Source: Alphaproteobacteria bacterium (lineage in GTDB: Bacteria; Pseudomonadota; Alphaproteobacteria; SP197). Taken from it: a stretch of 64,000 nt of DNA. Shown here one piece after another: positions 8,964 through 20,802 of this stretch (positions are counted from its first letter, which is position 1; the number at the start of each line of letters is the position of its first letter). The notes under the pieces are model-generated. The model was not told the DNA's origin and made no database searches. It was given only the letters and a program-made list of their open reading frames with translations. A program made the translations under genes and the position numbers. The DNA lies in the NCBI GenBank assembly GCA_965228895.1, contig OZ245842.1, forward strand, positions 4,896,001-4,960,000, read 5' to 3'.

Positions 8964-9092
8964 GGTGCATCACCTCATGGAGTGATGGATGTCGATGTGA
9001 TGATGAAGCGGATGGTGGCCGAGGCCAATGGCGAAATCAGGGCGGGGTGGTGATGTCCCGTGTTGCGGTCGTTGCCAACCCACTCCCACAAC

Positions 9093-10241
9093 CTATTCGG
9101 TCAGATCCTGCCAAAGCTCCTTCACCTTGGTGAAGAACCCTTCCGATTCCGGATGGTGTTTGGGTTTGCCGGTCGAGGCTTCATCGAACTGCTTCAGCAG
9201 CTCTTTTTGTTTGCTTGTCAAGTGGACCGGGGTCTCGACGACGGTCTCGATCAGCATGTCACCGCGGATGCCGCCACGGACCGGCGTCATGCCCTTGCCG
9301 CGCAACCGGAATTGGCGCCCCGACTGGGTGCCCGACGGAATCGAGAGCTTGGCGAGTTTGCCTTCGATGGTCGGCACCTCGATCGAACCGCCCAACGCCG
9401 CCGTGGTCATCGGGATCGGCACCGGACAAAAGATCGTCGTGCCGTCGCGTTGAAAGATGGCGTGGGGTTTGATCGCGAGAAAGATATAGAGATCGCCAGC
9501 CGGACCGCTGCGCATGCCGGCCTCGCCCTCGCCTGAAAGGCGGATACGCATGCCGTCCTCGACACCTTCCGGGATCGAGACGTTGAGTGTCTTGTCGCGC
9601 TGCACCCGGCCGGTTCCCGAACACGAGCCGCAGGGATCCTGAATGACCTTGCCGGCGCCGCCGCATGACGGGCAGGTGCGTTCGATGGAAAAGAAACCCT
9701 GCTGGGCGCGCACCTTGCCGTAACCGCCACAGGTCTGGCATGACGCCGTCGCATTGGGGTCCTTGGCGCCGCTGCCGTTGCAGGTGTCGCACGAGACGTG
9801 GGTGGGAACACGGATCTTCGCCTGTTTGCCAAGATAGGCCTCTTCGAGCGTGATCTCCATGTTGTAACGCAGGTCGGAGCCGCGCTGACCGCCGTGCTGG
9901 CCACCGCCGCGACGGCGGCCGCCGCCCATGAACTCGCCGAACAGGTCATCGAACACGTCGGCGAAGCTGGAGCTGAAGTCTCCGTGACCCGCGCCGCCGA
10001 ACCCGCCCATGCCGCCCTCGAAGGCGGCGTGACCGAACTGGTCATAGGCGGCGCGTTTCTCGCCGTCCTTCAAGACCTCATAGGCCTCGCTGACTTCCTT
10101 GAACTTGACCTCGGCTTCGCTGTCACCGGGGTTACGGTCGGGGTGATACTGCATGGCGAGCTTGCGGTAAGCCGACTTGAGCTCGCCTGCTTCGACGCTA
10201 CGGGTCACGCCGAGCACTTCGTAATAGTCGCGTTTCGCCAT
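9093..10241 (-). CDS. dnaJ: Chaperone DnaJ
   Basis: J domain with HPD, G/F region, four CxxCxGxG repeats. Confidence 0.98.
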   Translation of the reverse strand: MAKRDYYEVLGVTRSVEAGELKSAYRKLAMQYHPDRNPGDSEAEVKFKEVSEAYEVLKDGEKRAAYDQFGHAAFEGGMGGFGGAGHGDFSSSFADVFDDLFGEFMGGGRRRGGGQHGGQRGSDLRYNMEITLEEAYLGKQAKIRVPTHVSCDTCNGSGAKDPNATASCQTCGGYGKVRAQQGFFSIERTCPSCGGAGKVIQDPCGSCSGTGRVQRDKTLNVSIPEGVEDGMRIRLSGEGEAGMRSGPAGDLYIFLAIKPHAIFQRDGTTIFCPVPIPMTTAALGGSIEVPTIEGKLAKLSIPSGTQSGRQFRLRGKGMTPVRGGIRGDMLIETVVETPVHLTSKQKELLKQFDEASTGKPKHHPESEGFFTKVKELWQDLTE

Positions 10242-10269
10242 CGATCTTCTGCCTGCCCCGAAACGCGCA

Positions 10270-10299
10270 GCCGCGCCGGGCGAAGATCGCCGGCGCGGC
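10270..10299 (-). terminator. GC-rich hairpin between dnaK and dnaJ
   Basis: GCCGCGCCGG-N10-CCGGCGCGGC, 10-bp perfect stem; no strong U-tract. Confidence 0.5.
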
Positions 10300-10334
10300 C
10301 TAATGCGCTATTCAGCTAGGCCCAGACATAACGC

Positions 10335-12272
<1,938 letters not shown>

Positions 12273-12364
12273 GTTTTCTCCTGCCTTTCGTGGCGAGTCC
12301 AAGGGGGCCCGCGCTGCGGCGCCCGGGTTAGGACTCCCTACAATTCCTTATTTGCTGGGAGGAG

Positions 12365-12392
12365 ATATAGGGTTATTGCGCAAGCGTACAAG
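12365..12392 (-). promoter_or_regulatory. RpoH (sigma32) promoter of dnaKJ
   Basis: Minus strand CTTG-N17-CCTATAT matches the alphaproteobacterial heat-shock consensus CTTG-N17-CYTATNT. Confidence 0.85.
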
Positions 12393-12468
12393 GGCGATGG
12401 AGGCTGGAAACTCCAGTGTTTGGAGTCACTTGCCCGCATTTTGCATGGTTGACGCGGTATGCCTAAAT

Positions 12469-12483
12469 GTTCTTATTTTGTTC
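12469..12483. promoter_or_regulatory. LexA (SOS) box, alphaproteobacterial type
   Basis: GTTC-TTATTTT-GTTC is a perfect GTTC-N7-GTTC with an AT-rich spacer, just downstream of a TTGACG hexamer at 12449. Confidence 0.7.
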
Positions 12484-12537
12484 GTGATGTGATAACACCT
12501 CGGTCCTGCCCGCCGGACCATAAGGGAGCGTGACACC

Positions 12538-13362
12538 ATGGCGATCGATCTTGCTGCAAAAACCCAGGCCTTCCGGGCGCTCCACGAAGCACCCGGCTGT
12601 TTCGTCATGCCCAACGCCTGGGACATCGCCAGCGTTCGCCTGTTGTCGACGGCAGGCCTCAAGGCCCTGGCGACGACCAGCGCGGGCCTCAACTACGCTC
12701 AAGGACGCCCGGACGGGCCGGACGGCGCGTCGCGCGGCGATGTACTCGCCGCCTATGGCGCGATCGCGCGCGCGACCGACCTGCCGGTCAACGGTGATTT
12801 GGAGAACGGCTATGGCCATCGCCCCGAGGACGTCGCGGAAACCATTCGCTTGTCTATTGCCGAAGGTATGGCCGGCGGCGGAATCGAGGACTTTACCGGC
12901 GACTTCAAGGACCCGTTCTATGATATCGAGCTCGCCGTCGAGCGCATCGCCGCGGCCCGCGAAGCGGCGGATGCCAGCGGCTTCGTGCTGACCGCGCGCG
13001 CGGAGTGTTTTCTTTATGGCCACGGTGACCCGCTGAACGAATCAATCAAGCGGCTCAACCGCTATCGCGAGGCCGGCGCCGATTGCCTTTACGCGCCCGG
13101 CCCGACCGATGATGCGGCGGTCAAGCGCCTGGTCGACGAGGTCGACGGACCGATCAACATCGTGGTCGGTCAGGGCGGCGGCGCATCGCGTGACAAGATG
13201 GCAGCGATGGGGGTCAAACGCATCTCGACTGGCGGCAGCCTCTATCGCGCGACCTGCAAGCTGGTCATGGATGCGGCAGCGGAAATGGCCTGCGACGGGA
13301 CCTTCGGCTACCTCGCCAACGTCATTCCCGACGGCGACGTCCAGCGCATCGTGACCGGCTGA
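12538..13362 (+). CDS. Isocitrate lyase / PEP mutase family protein
   Basis: MPNAWD, ATTSAG, DLENGY, GGIED, GADCLYAPG. Confidence 0.9.
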   Translation: MAIDLAAKTQAFRALHEAPGCFVMPNAWDIASVRLLSTAGLKALATTSAGLNYAQGRPDGPDGASRGDVLAAYGAIARATDLPVNGDLENGYGHRPEDVAETIRLSIAEGMAGGGIEDFTGDFKDPFYDIELAVERIAAAREAADASGFVLTARAECFLYGHGDPLNESIKRLNRYREAGADCLYAPGPTDDAAVKRLVDEVDGPINIVVGQGGGASRDKMAAMGVKRISTGGSLYRATCKLVMDAAAEMACDGTFGYLANVIPDGDVQRIVTG

Positions 13363-13475
13363 CCACCCGTGTCATCCGCATGTTGGTATCATCGCCCTGC
13401 GCCCCCACCTAGTGTCCCAGCCGGCGCGTGCCGGAGCAAAAAATGCTGGGGCAGTTTGATCGGCCGGAGGTTCTG

Positions 13476-14240
13476 TTGAGTATCTGGGGAAAGATTGTCG
13501 GCGGTGCCATCGGCTTTGGCATCGGCGGGCCGATTGGCGCGTTGATCGGCGTGGCCGCCGGTCATTTCGCCGTCGACAAACAACGCCGCGGCGCCGATCG
13601 CCCGCGCCTGGAGAACCACTCGCCGTGGTCCCACGAGGCGCGCCAGGTCGCGTTCACGGTCGCGGTCATCGCGCTGACCGCCAAGCTTGCGAAGGCCGAC
13701 GGCCAGGTCACCCGCGACGAAGTGGCCGCGTTGAAGCGCGTCGTCCGCATCCCGCCCGAGGCGTCCGCGCAGGTCGGCGCGATCTTCAACAAGGCCAAAG
13801 ACGACGCCACGGGCTATGAACCCTATGCGCGCCAGATTGCCTCGATCATGGCCGGCAACCGTCAGATGCTTGAGGAACTGCTTGCCGCGCTCTTGATGAT
13901 CGCCCATGCGGACGGCACCTATCATCAGGCCGAGCGCGACTACATTGCGTCGGTCGCCCGCATCTTCGGGTTCAGCGCAGCGGATCTACACCGCATCGAA
14001 AGCACCTTTGTCGCCGGCGGCGGCGCACCGGAAACCGATCCCTACGAGATCCTCGGCATCAAAGCTTCGGCCAGCGACCAAGAGGTCAAGTCGGCCTATC
14101 GCACGCTGTTGCGCGAGAACCACCCGGACACGCTGATCGCCCAGGGCCTGCCGGAAGATTTCATCGAGGTCGCCAACAAAAAGATGGCGGAAATCAACGC
14201 CGCCTATGACCGGGTCAAGGCCGAACGCGGCATCAGCTAG
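13476..14240 (+). CDS. djlA: DjlA-like co-chaperone (TM, TerB-like domain, J domain)
   Basis: TTG start after GGAGG (MSIWGKIVGG); AKLAKADG; C-terminal J domain with NHPD. Confidence 0.9.
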   Translation: MSIWGKIVGGAIGFGIGGPIGALIGVAAGHFAVDKQRRGADRPRLENHSPWSHEARQVAFTVAVIALTAKLAKADGQVTRDEVAALKRVVRIPPEASAQVGAIFNKAKDDATGYEPYARQIASIMAGNRQMLEELLAALLMIAHADGTYHQAERDYIASVARIFGFSAADLHRIESTFVAGGGAPETDPYEILGIKASASDQEVKSAYRTLLRENHPDTLIAQGLPEDFIEVANKKMAEINAAYDRVKAERGIS

Positions 14241-14265
14241 GGCGAGGCGGTACGAATTGATCGCA

Positions 14266-14379
14266 CCCTCACCCTCCCACCGCTATCGCGCGACCCCTCA
14301 CCCCGGCCCTCTCCTCAAGGGGAGAGGGATGCGAAGGCTTAGGCGCGTCAGCGCCCTAGCCGGAGCTGGGTGAGGGGGG
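14266..14379. repeat. BoxC/REP-like mosaic palindromic element between convergent djlA and grpE
   Basis: CCCCTCACCC (14294) and GGGTGAGGGG (14368) inverted ends; internal CCCTCTCC-TCAA-GGGGAGAGGG hairpin; extra partial CCCTCACCCTCCC copy. Confidence 0.75.
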
Positions 14380-14409
14380 TCGGCACGGCTTGCGCCGACG
14401 CAGATGAAA

Positions 14410-15069
14410 TCAGGCCGGTTTCTTTGCGACGCCGACCATGGCCGGGCGCAGCAGGCGATCGCCGATGGTGTAGCCGGTGCGCAGCACCTGGACCACGGTG
14501 CCCGGTTCCGCGTCGGCGTCTTCGACCTCGAACATCGCCTGATGCAGGTTGTGGTCGAACTTCTCGCCCATCGGGTCGATCTGCTTGATGCCGTGACGGT
14601 CGAGCACCGTCGCCAATTCCTTGGCGGTCAGGTCGACGCCCTCGACGAGGCCTTTGACCGCGTCGTTCTGGCGGAGTTCGTCGTCGACCGCATCGAGCGC
14701 GCGCGCCATGTTGTCGGCGACACCCAACATATCTTCGGCGAACTTGGTCACCGCGTACTTGCGGGCGTCTTCACGTTCGCGCTCGGCCCGTTTCCTGAGG
14801 TTTTCGGTGTCGGCAACCGCGCGCAACAGCCGATCGGTCAGATCCGAAACCTGCGCTTCAAGCTCAGCTTCGCGATCGAGGTCATCGACATCGTCAAACT
14901 CGTCGAACTCTCCGGGCTCTTCCGGCTGCACATCGTTCTCCGGCTCGATCCGGCCATTGTGATCCGGTTCGTTCCGCGTCGCGTCGTCGGGCTTCGCCGC
15001 CGGACCGCCATCGTCGTTGGCGGGGTCGAACATGTTGAGCTTGGGCTCTTGTTTCTTACCGTCGTTCAT
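14410..15069 (-). CDS. grpE: Nucleotide exchange factor GrpE
   Basis: LLRAVADTENLRKR, KFDHNLHQAM, GYTIGDRLLRPAMVGV. Confidence 0.97.
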   Translation of the reverse strand: MNDGKKQEPKLNMFDPANDDGGPAAKPDDATRNEPDHNGRIEPENDVQPEEPGEFDEFDDVDDLDREAELEAQVSDLTDRLLRAVADTENLRKRAEREREDARKYAVTKFAEDMLGVADNMARALDAVDDELRQNDAVKGLVEGVDLTAKELATVLDRHGIKQIDPMGEKFDHNLHQAMFEVEDADAEPGTVVQVLRTGYTIGDRLLRPAMVGVAKKPA

Positions 15070-15108
15070 ACGTCATCGTTCCAAACTGTGTTCTCTTGTC
15101 GCGGGCGA

Positions 15109-16152
15109 TCAGCCCAGCAGGCGGCCGACCACCTTGGCGGTGTAGTCGACCATGGGAATAATGCGGGCATAGTTCATGCGCGTCGGACCAATAATACCGA
15201 GCGCGCCGACAAACCCGCCATCGTTGTCGGAGATCGGCGCCACGATCGTCGAGCAGCCGGACAACTGAAAGAGTTCGTTGTCGGCGCCGATAAAGATACA
15301 GACGCCGTCCGCATCGTGGGTCAGTTCCAACAGGCGTTCCATATGGCGTGCCTGATCCAGTTTGTCGAACAATTCGCGAATGCGCTCGAGATCGCTCAAC
15401 ACACTGACATCGTTCAACAGGTTCGCCTGGCCCTTGACGATCAGGGTCGAGCGATCTTCGGCGTCGGTGTCGTTCGACCAGGTCGCCAACCCCTCTTCGA
15501 CCACCTTTTGGGTCAGCGCGTCGAGCTCGGCCTCGTGGCGCGTCAGTTCGTTCACGATGTGGGTTCTGGCCTCGTCGAGCGATCGACCGGCGACCCTGGC
15601 ATTCAGGTAGTTGCCGGCGCGCGTCAGAATCGCCGGGGTGATGCCGGGCGGCAATTCGATGATGCGGTTCTCAACCGCGCCATCCTCGTGCACCACAACA
15701 ACCAGCGCGCGGTCGGGCGCCAGCGAAACAAACTCGACCTGGCGGAACGGGGCTTCTTTCTTCGGCGCGATGACGACACCGGCATGGCTCGACAGGCCGG
15801 ACAACAGGCCGGTGGCCTGGCCCACCAGATCGTCGAACTGATGGCCCGCCTCCTCACATGCCGCCTCGATCGCCAGCCGTTCATCCGGCGACAAGTCGCC
15901 AAGCTGCAACAGGGCGTCGACATAAAGCCTGAGCCCGGTCTCGGTCGGCAGACGCCCGGCGCTTGTATGGGGTGATTCCAAGAGGCCGACCTCTTCCAGA
16001 TCGGCCATGACATTGCGCACGGAAGCCGGCGACAGGGATGTGGTCAGCCGGCGCGAGATCGTGCGCGAGCCAACGGGTTCGCCCGTCTTGACGTATTCAT
16101 CGACGATGATGCGGAAAATTTCCCGCGATCGCTCGTTCAGTTCCTGGATCAT
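15109..16152 (-). CDS. hrcA: Heat-inducible transcription repressor HrcA
   Basis: [39 protein letters not shown]; start reassigned to MIQELNER. Confidence 0.97.
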   Translation of the reverse strand: MIQELNERSREIFRIIVDEYVKTGEPVGSRTISRRLTTSLSPASVRNVMADLEEVGLLESPHTSAGRLPTETGLRLYVDALLQLGDLSPDERLAIEAACEEAGHQFDDLVGQATGLLSGLSSHAGVVIAPKKEAPFRQVEFVSLAPDRALVVVVHEDGAVENRIIELPPGITPAILTRAGNYLNARVAGRSLDEARTHIVNELTRHEAELDALTQKVVEEGLATWSNDTDAEDRSTLIVKGQANLLNDVSVLSDLERIRELFDKLDQARHMERLLELTHDADGVCIFIGADNELFQLSGCSTIVAPISDNDGGFVGALGIIGPTRMNYARIIPMVDYTAKVVGRLLG

Positions 16153-16209
16153 CAGCCCAATCTTCGCCCGCTCGTCAGCCGGCAACAGAACACCGATACG
16201 GCGCAGATC

Positions 16210-16238
16210 ATGTAGGGCGACGGCCGCTCAGCGTCAAC
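16210..16238 (-). promoter_or_regulatory. Putative RpoH promoter of hrcA-grpE
   Basis: Minus strand GTTG-N17-CCCTACAT, near consensus. Confidence 0.55.
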
Positions 16239-16358
16239 GGCACACACTCTGACGCTAAATTGCGTCTTTTCCGAGTGTCTGACGTCACGGGTTCGCTTTA
16301 CCTTGGCAGAAAAGACGCTAGGTTGGCGCGCTTCTCTCAAACCCTTGAGGCCCATCGC

Positions 16359-17078
16359 ATGAATCGTCCGTCGGGGCGCGCCAAAGACCAGTTGCGCGCG
16401 ATTGTTCTGGAGACCGGTTTTTCCAAGCACGCCGAAGGCTCGTGCCTGGCCCGTTTCGGCGATACCCACGTGCTGTGCACGGCGAGCGTCGAAGAGCGGG
16501 TGCCGCCTTGGTTGCGGGACCAGGGACGCGGCTGGGTCACGGCCGAGTACGGCATGCTGCCGCGCGCCACCAACACCCGAACCGACCGCGAGGCCACGCG
16601 CGGCAAACAGTCCGGCAGGACCCAGGAAATCCAGCGTCTGATTGGCCGCAGCATGCGCGCGGTGACCGACCTGAAGGCGCTCGGCGAGCGTCAGGTGCGG
16701 CTCGACTGCGATGTCATCCAGGCCGATGGCGGCACGCGGACCGCGGCCATTACCGGCGGCTACGTCGCGCTCCACGTGGCGATGCAGGGCCTGGTCGACC
16801 AGGGCCTCCTGAGTGAGCTTCCGCTGATCGGCCAGGTCGCCGCCATCTCGTGCGGTATCTGGCAGGACCAAGGAGTCCTTGACCTGGACTATGCCGAGGA
16901 CAGCACGGCGGAGGCCGATGCCAACTTCGTCATGACCGGCGATAGCGGGCTGGTCGAGGTGCAGGCGACCGCCGAGGCCGATCCGTTTTCGCGCCAGGCT
17001 TTTGTCGAACTGCTCGACCTCGCGACCGCCGGCATTGCCGAACTGACCGCGATCCAGCGCCAGGCGCTCGGACTCTGA
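16359..17078 (+). CDS. rph: Ribonuclease PH
   Basis: [35 protein letters not shown]. Confidence 0.97.
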   Translation: MNRPSGRAKDQLRAIVLETGFSKHAEGSCLARFGDTHVLCTASVEERVPPWLRDQGRGWVTAEYGMLPRATNTRTDREATRGKQSGRTQEIQRLIGRSMRAVTDLKALGERQVRLDCDVIQADGGTRTAAITGGYVALHVAMQGLVDQGLLSELPLIGQVAAISCGIWQDQGVLDLDYAEDSTAEADANFVMTGDSGLVEVQATAEADPFSRQAFVELLDLATAGIAELTAIQRQALGL

Positions 17079-17082
17079 CACC

Positions 17083-17673
17083 ATGGCCCTTATCTGGCCC
17101 GACAGCCTGGTCATCGCCAGCCACAACGAAGGCAAAGTAGCCGAGATAAGGGAGCTGCTGGCCGGTCTGGGCGGCGATGTCGTCTCGGCGGCGGAACTCG
17201 ATCTCGACGAGCCGGAAGAAACCGGCGACAGCTTTGAGGCCAACGCGCTCCTGAAAGCCCACGCCGCCGTCAAGGGTTCCGGCTTGCCGGTGCTGGCGGA
17301 TGATTCCGGCCTTGCCGTCGAGGCCCTTGGCGGCGCGCCCGGTATCAGAAGCGCGCGCTGGGCCGGGCCCGACCGCGACTTCAGCGCCGCGATGGCGCGC
17401 GTCGAACGTGAACTCGCGGACCACACCAATCGCCGGGCCGCCTTCGTCTGCGTCCTCGCCATCGCTTGGCCCGGCGGCGAAGCCCATTGTTTCGAGGGTC
17501 GCATCGAAGGCACGCTGACCTTTCCGCCCCGGGGCGATCGCGGTTTCGGCTACGACCCCATCTTCATCCCGGACGGCTACGCCATCACATTCGGCGAAAT
17601 GGATCCGACGGAAAAAACCGCCATCAGCCACCGCGCGCTGGCGTTCGCCAAACTGGTCGCCGCGTTCGCCTAG
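17083..17673 (+). CDS. rdgB: Non-canonical purine NTP pyrophosphatase
   Basis: [27 protein letters not shown]. Confidence 0.96.
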   Translation: MALIWPDSLVIASHNEGKVAEIRELLAGLGGDVVSAAELDLDEPEETGDSFEANALLKAHAAVKGSGLPVLADDSGLAVEALGGAPGIRSARWAGPDRDFSAAMARVERELADHTNRRAAFVCVLAIAWPGGEAHCFEGRIEGTLTFPPRGDRGFGYDPIFIPDGYAITFGEMDPTEKTAISHRALAFAKLVAAFA

Positions 17674-17679
17674 AGACAG

Positions 17680-18567
17680 CTATCCATCGGCTCGGGCGGC
17701 GTGGAGCATGGAGAGAAGCGCTTTGACCAGCGTGTCTTCGAGGGTCGAGAGTTCACCCGTCCTGGCGAAGATGCCGAACTCAAGATCCGGCGGTGGCGGC
17801 AGACCATCGAACTCGGTGAGCACCCGCATGGCCGGGCGGTGCGCGTCGCGGACGAGATTGCCGATACCGAGCCCGGCTTCGATCGCGGCGACCTTCGACT
17901 CAACCGTGTCGGTGCCGTAGGCGATCGTCCAACGCAGCCCTCTGTCCTGAAGCCGTTCGAGAATGCGTTGTTCCCAGGAAATCAACGAATCATCTTCTTC
18001 GCCGACGATCATCACCAACGGCAGCGGCCGTGAGAGATCGAGCTGGAAGTCCGCGCCGGCCACCCACTGATAGGTCTCGCGCCAACACGAAAGCGGCCTG
18101 AGCGTCGTGAACTCGGTTGCCGCGAGCGCCAGATCCAAGGCGCCTTTCCTGAGCAGGCCCTCCAGCTTCGGGCTGTGCGAGACGACCACCCGCATGGTCA
18201 GGTGCCGCCGGACATCGGAAAACTCGCGCAGCAGTTTAGGCAGGCGGCCCAACGCGAAGTCGGGCGCCAGGCCAAGCCGCACCGACGCCGGCAGACTCTC
18301 TCCGTGCAGCTTTTCGTTCAGCTCGTGGCACAAACGAAGCATTTGCTCGGCATGGTCGGCAACGACGCGGCCTTGGCGTGTCAACGTCACGCCCCGGGCG
18401 TGGCGGTCAAGCAGCCGGTGGCCGAATCTGTCTTCCAGTTTGGCGATCTGGATGCTGATCGCCGATTGCGACAACAGCAGTTCGCCCGACGCCTCGCTCA
18501 TGGAGCCGCGGCGCGCGACGACCAACAGGGTATGCAGATAGTCGAGGTCCGGCAGCGGGTCCCGCAT
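17680..18567 (-). CDS. LysR family transcriptional regulator
   Basis: HTH (GSMSEASGELLLSQSAISIQIAKLE...LTRQG) plus substrate-binding domain; start reassigned to MRDPLPDL. Confidence 0.92.
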   Translation of the reverse strand: MRDPLPDLDYLHTLLVVARRGSMSEASGELLLSQSAISIQIAKLEDRFGHRLLDRHARGVTLTRQGRVVADHAEQMLRLCHELNEKLHGESLPASVRLGLAPDFALGRLPKLLREFSDVRRHLTMRVVVSHSPKLEGLLRKGALDLALAATEFTTLRPLSCWRETYQWVAGADFQLDLSRPLPLVMIVGEEDDSLISWEQRILERLQDRGLRWTIAYGTDTVESKVAAIEAGLGIGNLVRDAHRPAMRVLTEFDGLPPPPDLEFGIFARTGELSTLEDTLVKALLSMLHAARADG

Positions 18568-18573
18568 GATCGT

Positions 18574-18594
18574 GATATTATAAACATTAATATC
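18574..18594. promoter_or_regulatory. Putative LysR recognition site
   Basis: GATATTA-N7-TAATATC inverted repeat containing T-N11-A, in the AT-rich divergent spacer. Confidence 0.6.
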
Positions 18595-18682
18595 TTCTTT
18601 TGAATATTTGAATTTGATCAATGCCTTGGGTCCGCGCCAAGCTCTGAAAGCGCGGTTGGTCCGACAGATCGGAGATCACGGC

Positions 18683-19540
18683 ATGGCAATGGCAAGGTTT
18701 GGACGAGACGCCAGCCAGGACGCCATCCTGGCCTCGCTTCATCGGGACGGGGTGGTCGTTCTGGATCACCTGATTGCCGGCGATGTTGTCGATCGGCTCA
18801 TCGACGATGTGCAGCCGGAGCTCGACCGGACACCGGCGGCCGGTGGCGAATTTTTTGGCGGCGCCATGAAACGGGTGCATGGCCTCGCCGCCAAGTCATC
18901 CGCCGCCGGCGATATCATCGCCGACCCCATGCTTGGCGCGCTGGCTGACGCGGTCCTGCTGGACAACTGCAAGGCCTATCAGGTCCAGGTTCTGGGCATA
19001 CTGCAGGTCTGGCAAGGCGGCCAGCTGCAGCCCCTGCATCGCGATACCGGCGTCTACCAGCCATATGTCGAACTTGAACCCGGCGATAAGGAAATCCTGT
19101 TGTCGTTTATTGTCGCCGGGACGGATTTCACGGCCGAGAACGGTGCGACCCGCATGGTGCCCGGCAGCCACACGTGGCCGCGCGACCGCACGGCGACCGA
19201 GGACGAGGTCGTCCTGGCGGAGATGGCCAAGGGCTCGGTTGTGGTCTGGCTGGGATCGCTGCTGCACGGTGCCGGCATCAACCAGACCGACACACCCCGC
19301 TCGGCCATCGTCTCCGGTTTCTCGGTCGGCTGGCTGCGCCAGGAGGAGAACCAGTATCTCTCCTGCCCGCCCGACAAGGCCGCCGACCTGCCGCCGCGGG
19401 TCCAGCAGCTTCTGGGCTATCGCGCCCACACGCCCGTGCTCGGCTGGTCCGAGGACCGCGACCCCGAACTTTTGCTCGGCCCGCGCAAGGCCAATCACGA
19501 AGCCGAAGGCTATGACGCCCAGGACCTGCAGAACGTCTAG
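18683..19540 (+). CDS. Phytanoyl-CoA dioxygenase (PhyH) family Fe/2OG dioxygenase
   Basis: QPLHRD (HxD), NGATRMVPGSH, LLHGAG, WLRQEENQ; GGAG RBS. Confidence 0.9.
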   Translation: MAMARFGRDASQDAILASLHRDGVVVLDHLIAGDVVDRLIDDVQPELDRTPAAGGEFFGGAMKRVHGLAAKSSAAGDIIADPMLGALADAVLLDNCKAYQVQVLGILQVWQGGQLQPLHRDTGVYQPYVELEPGDKEILLSFIVAGTDFTAENGATRMVPGSHTWPRDRTATEDEVVLAEMAKGSVVVWLGSLLHGAGINQTDTPRSAIVSGFSVGWLRQEENQYLSCPPDKAADLPPRVQQLLGYRAHTPVLGWSEDRDPELLLGPRKANHEAEGYDAQDLQNV

Positions 19541-19580
19541 GACCGTCCGGCAAATCTAGGTTCCCTGCGCCGGCTCGGTT

Positions 19581-20789
19581 ATGGTCGCGCCGATGACGGC
19601 CCTGCCCGAAACCAGTCAAGCGTATCTGAACGACGCCGATGATCCCGGCTTCGGCATCTATGTGCACTGGCCGTTCTGTGAATCAAAGTGTCCGTACTGC
19701 GATTTCAACAGCCATGTGCGAGAGGCCGTCGACGACGAGCGCTGGGCACGCGCCTTGGCGGCCGAGATTGATTTCATGGCGGCGCTGGCACCAGGGCGCA
19801 CGGTCGACAGCGTCTTCTTCGGTGGCGGCACGCCGTCGTTGATGACCGTGTCAACGGTCGAGACCGCACTGGACAGCATCGCGAAACGCTGGCCGCTGGC
19901 CGGCGATGTCGAAATCACGCTGGAAGCCAATCCCGGGTCCGTCGAGGCCGGCCGGTTCGCCGGCTATGCAGCAGCCGGTGTCAACCGCCTGTCGATCGGC
20001 GTCCAGGCGCTGGATGACGACGCCTTGCGTCTGCTGGGACGCCGTCACAACGTGGCCGAAGCCCTGCGCGCGCTGGACCTCGCCAACCAAAGCGTCAAGC
20101 GGACCAGCTTCGACCTGATCTATGCGCGGCCCGGTCAGACACCCGACCAGTGGCAGGCGGAATTGGAACGCGCTCTCGGTTTCGGCACCGAGCATCTCTC
20201 GCTCTATCAACTGACGCTTGAGCAGGGCACCCGCTTCTGGACGCTCGCCCAGCGCGGCGAGCTCGTCGTGCCCGACGACGACCACGCCGCCGACCTCTAT
20301 GCGCTGACCCAGACGATGACCGCGGCGGCGGGCCGGCCGGCCTATGAAATCTCCAACCACGCCCGGCCTGGCGCGGAAAGCCGTCACAACCTGATCTATT
20401 GGCAGTCCGGCGACTGGGTCGGCGTTGGACCGGGCGCCCATGGCCGCATGACAAAGGACGGTCTCACCGTGGCGCGTCGCCAGGAGAAAGTACCGGAGAC
20501 GTGGCTCAGCGCCGTTGAAACGCGCGGCGACGCCACCGCCGAAGTCCTTGAGATCGGCCAGCGCGAACGCATCGAGGAAGTCCTGATGATGGGACTGAGA
20601 CTGACCGGCGGTCTCTCCGACGCGACGATACGCCGGGCGGCCGGGGTCGGCTTGGATCAGGCGGTCGCGCCGGAACGGCGTGCGCGTCTTATCGCCTCAG
20701 GCCACCTGGAACCACGGGATGATGCGCTATGTCTGACACCCCAGGGCCAGCCGTTGCTGAACAGTGTGCTGCGACAACTGTTGGTCTGA
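19581..20789 (+). CDS. hemW: Radical SAM heme chaperone HemW (HemN-like)
   Basis: YVHWPFCESKCPYCDFN, FGGGTPS, YEISN, HNLIYW. Confidence 0.93.
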   Translation: MVAPMTALPETSQAYLNDADDPGFGIYVHWPFCESKCPYCDFNSHVREAVDDERWARALAAEIDFMAALAPGRTVDSVFFGGGTPSLMTVSTVETALDSIAKRWPLAGDVEITLEANPGSVEAGRFAGYAAAGVNRLSIGVQALDDDALRLLGRRHNVAEALRALDLANQSVKRTSFDLIYARPGQTPDQWQAELERALGFGTEHLSLYQLTLEQGTRFWTLAQRGELVVPDDDHAADLYALTQTMTAAAGRPAYEISNHARPGAESRHNLIYWQSGDWVGVGPGAHGRMTKDGLTVARRQEKVPETWLSAVETRGDATAEVLEIGQRERIEEVLMMGLRLTGGLSDATIRRAAGVGLDQAVAPERRARLIASGHLEPRDDALCLTPQGQPLLNSVLRQLLV

Positions 20790-20802
20790 ATGGTCAGGAG
20801 AT

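Noticed and set aside
12300-16350. CIRCE operator near hrcA, grpE or dnaK
   Set aside because: No TTAGCACTC-N9-GAGTGCTAA match seen
17670-19560. CTAG at both ends of the LysR-PhyH cassette as a target-site duplication
   Set aside because: The sites mostly coincide with TAG stop codons, which are frequent here; no terminal repeats or transposase
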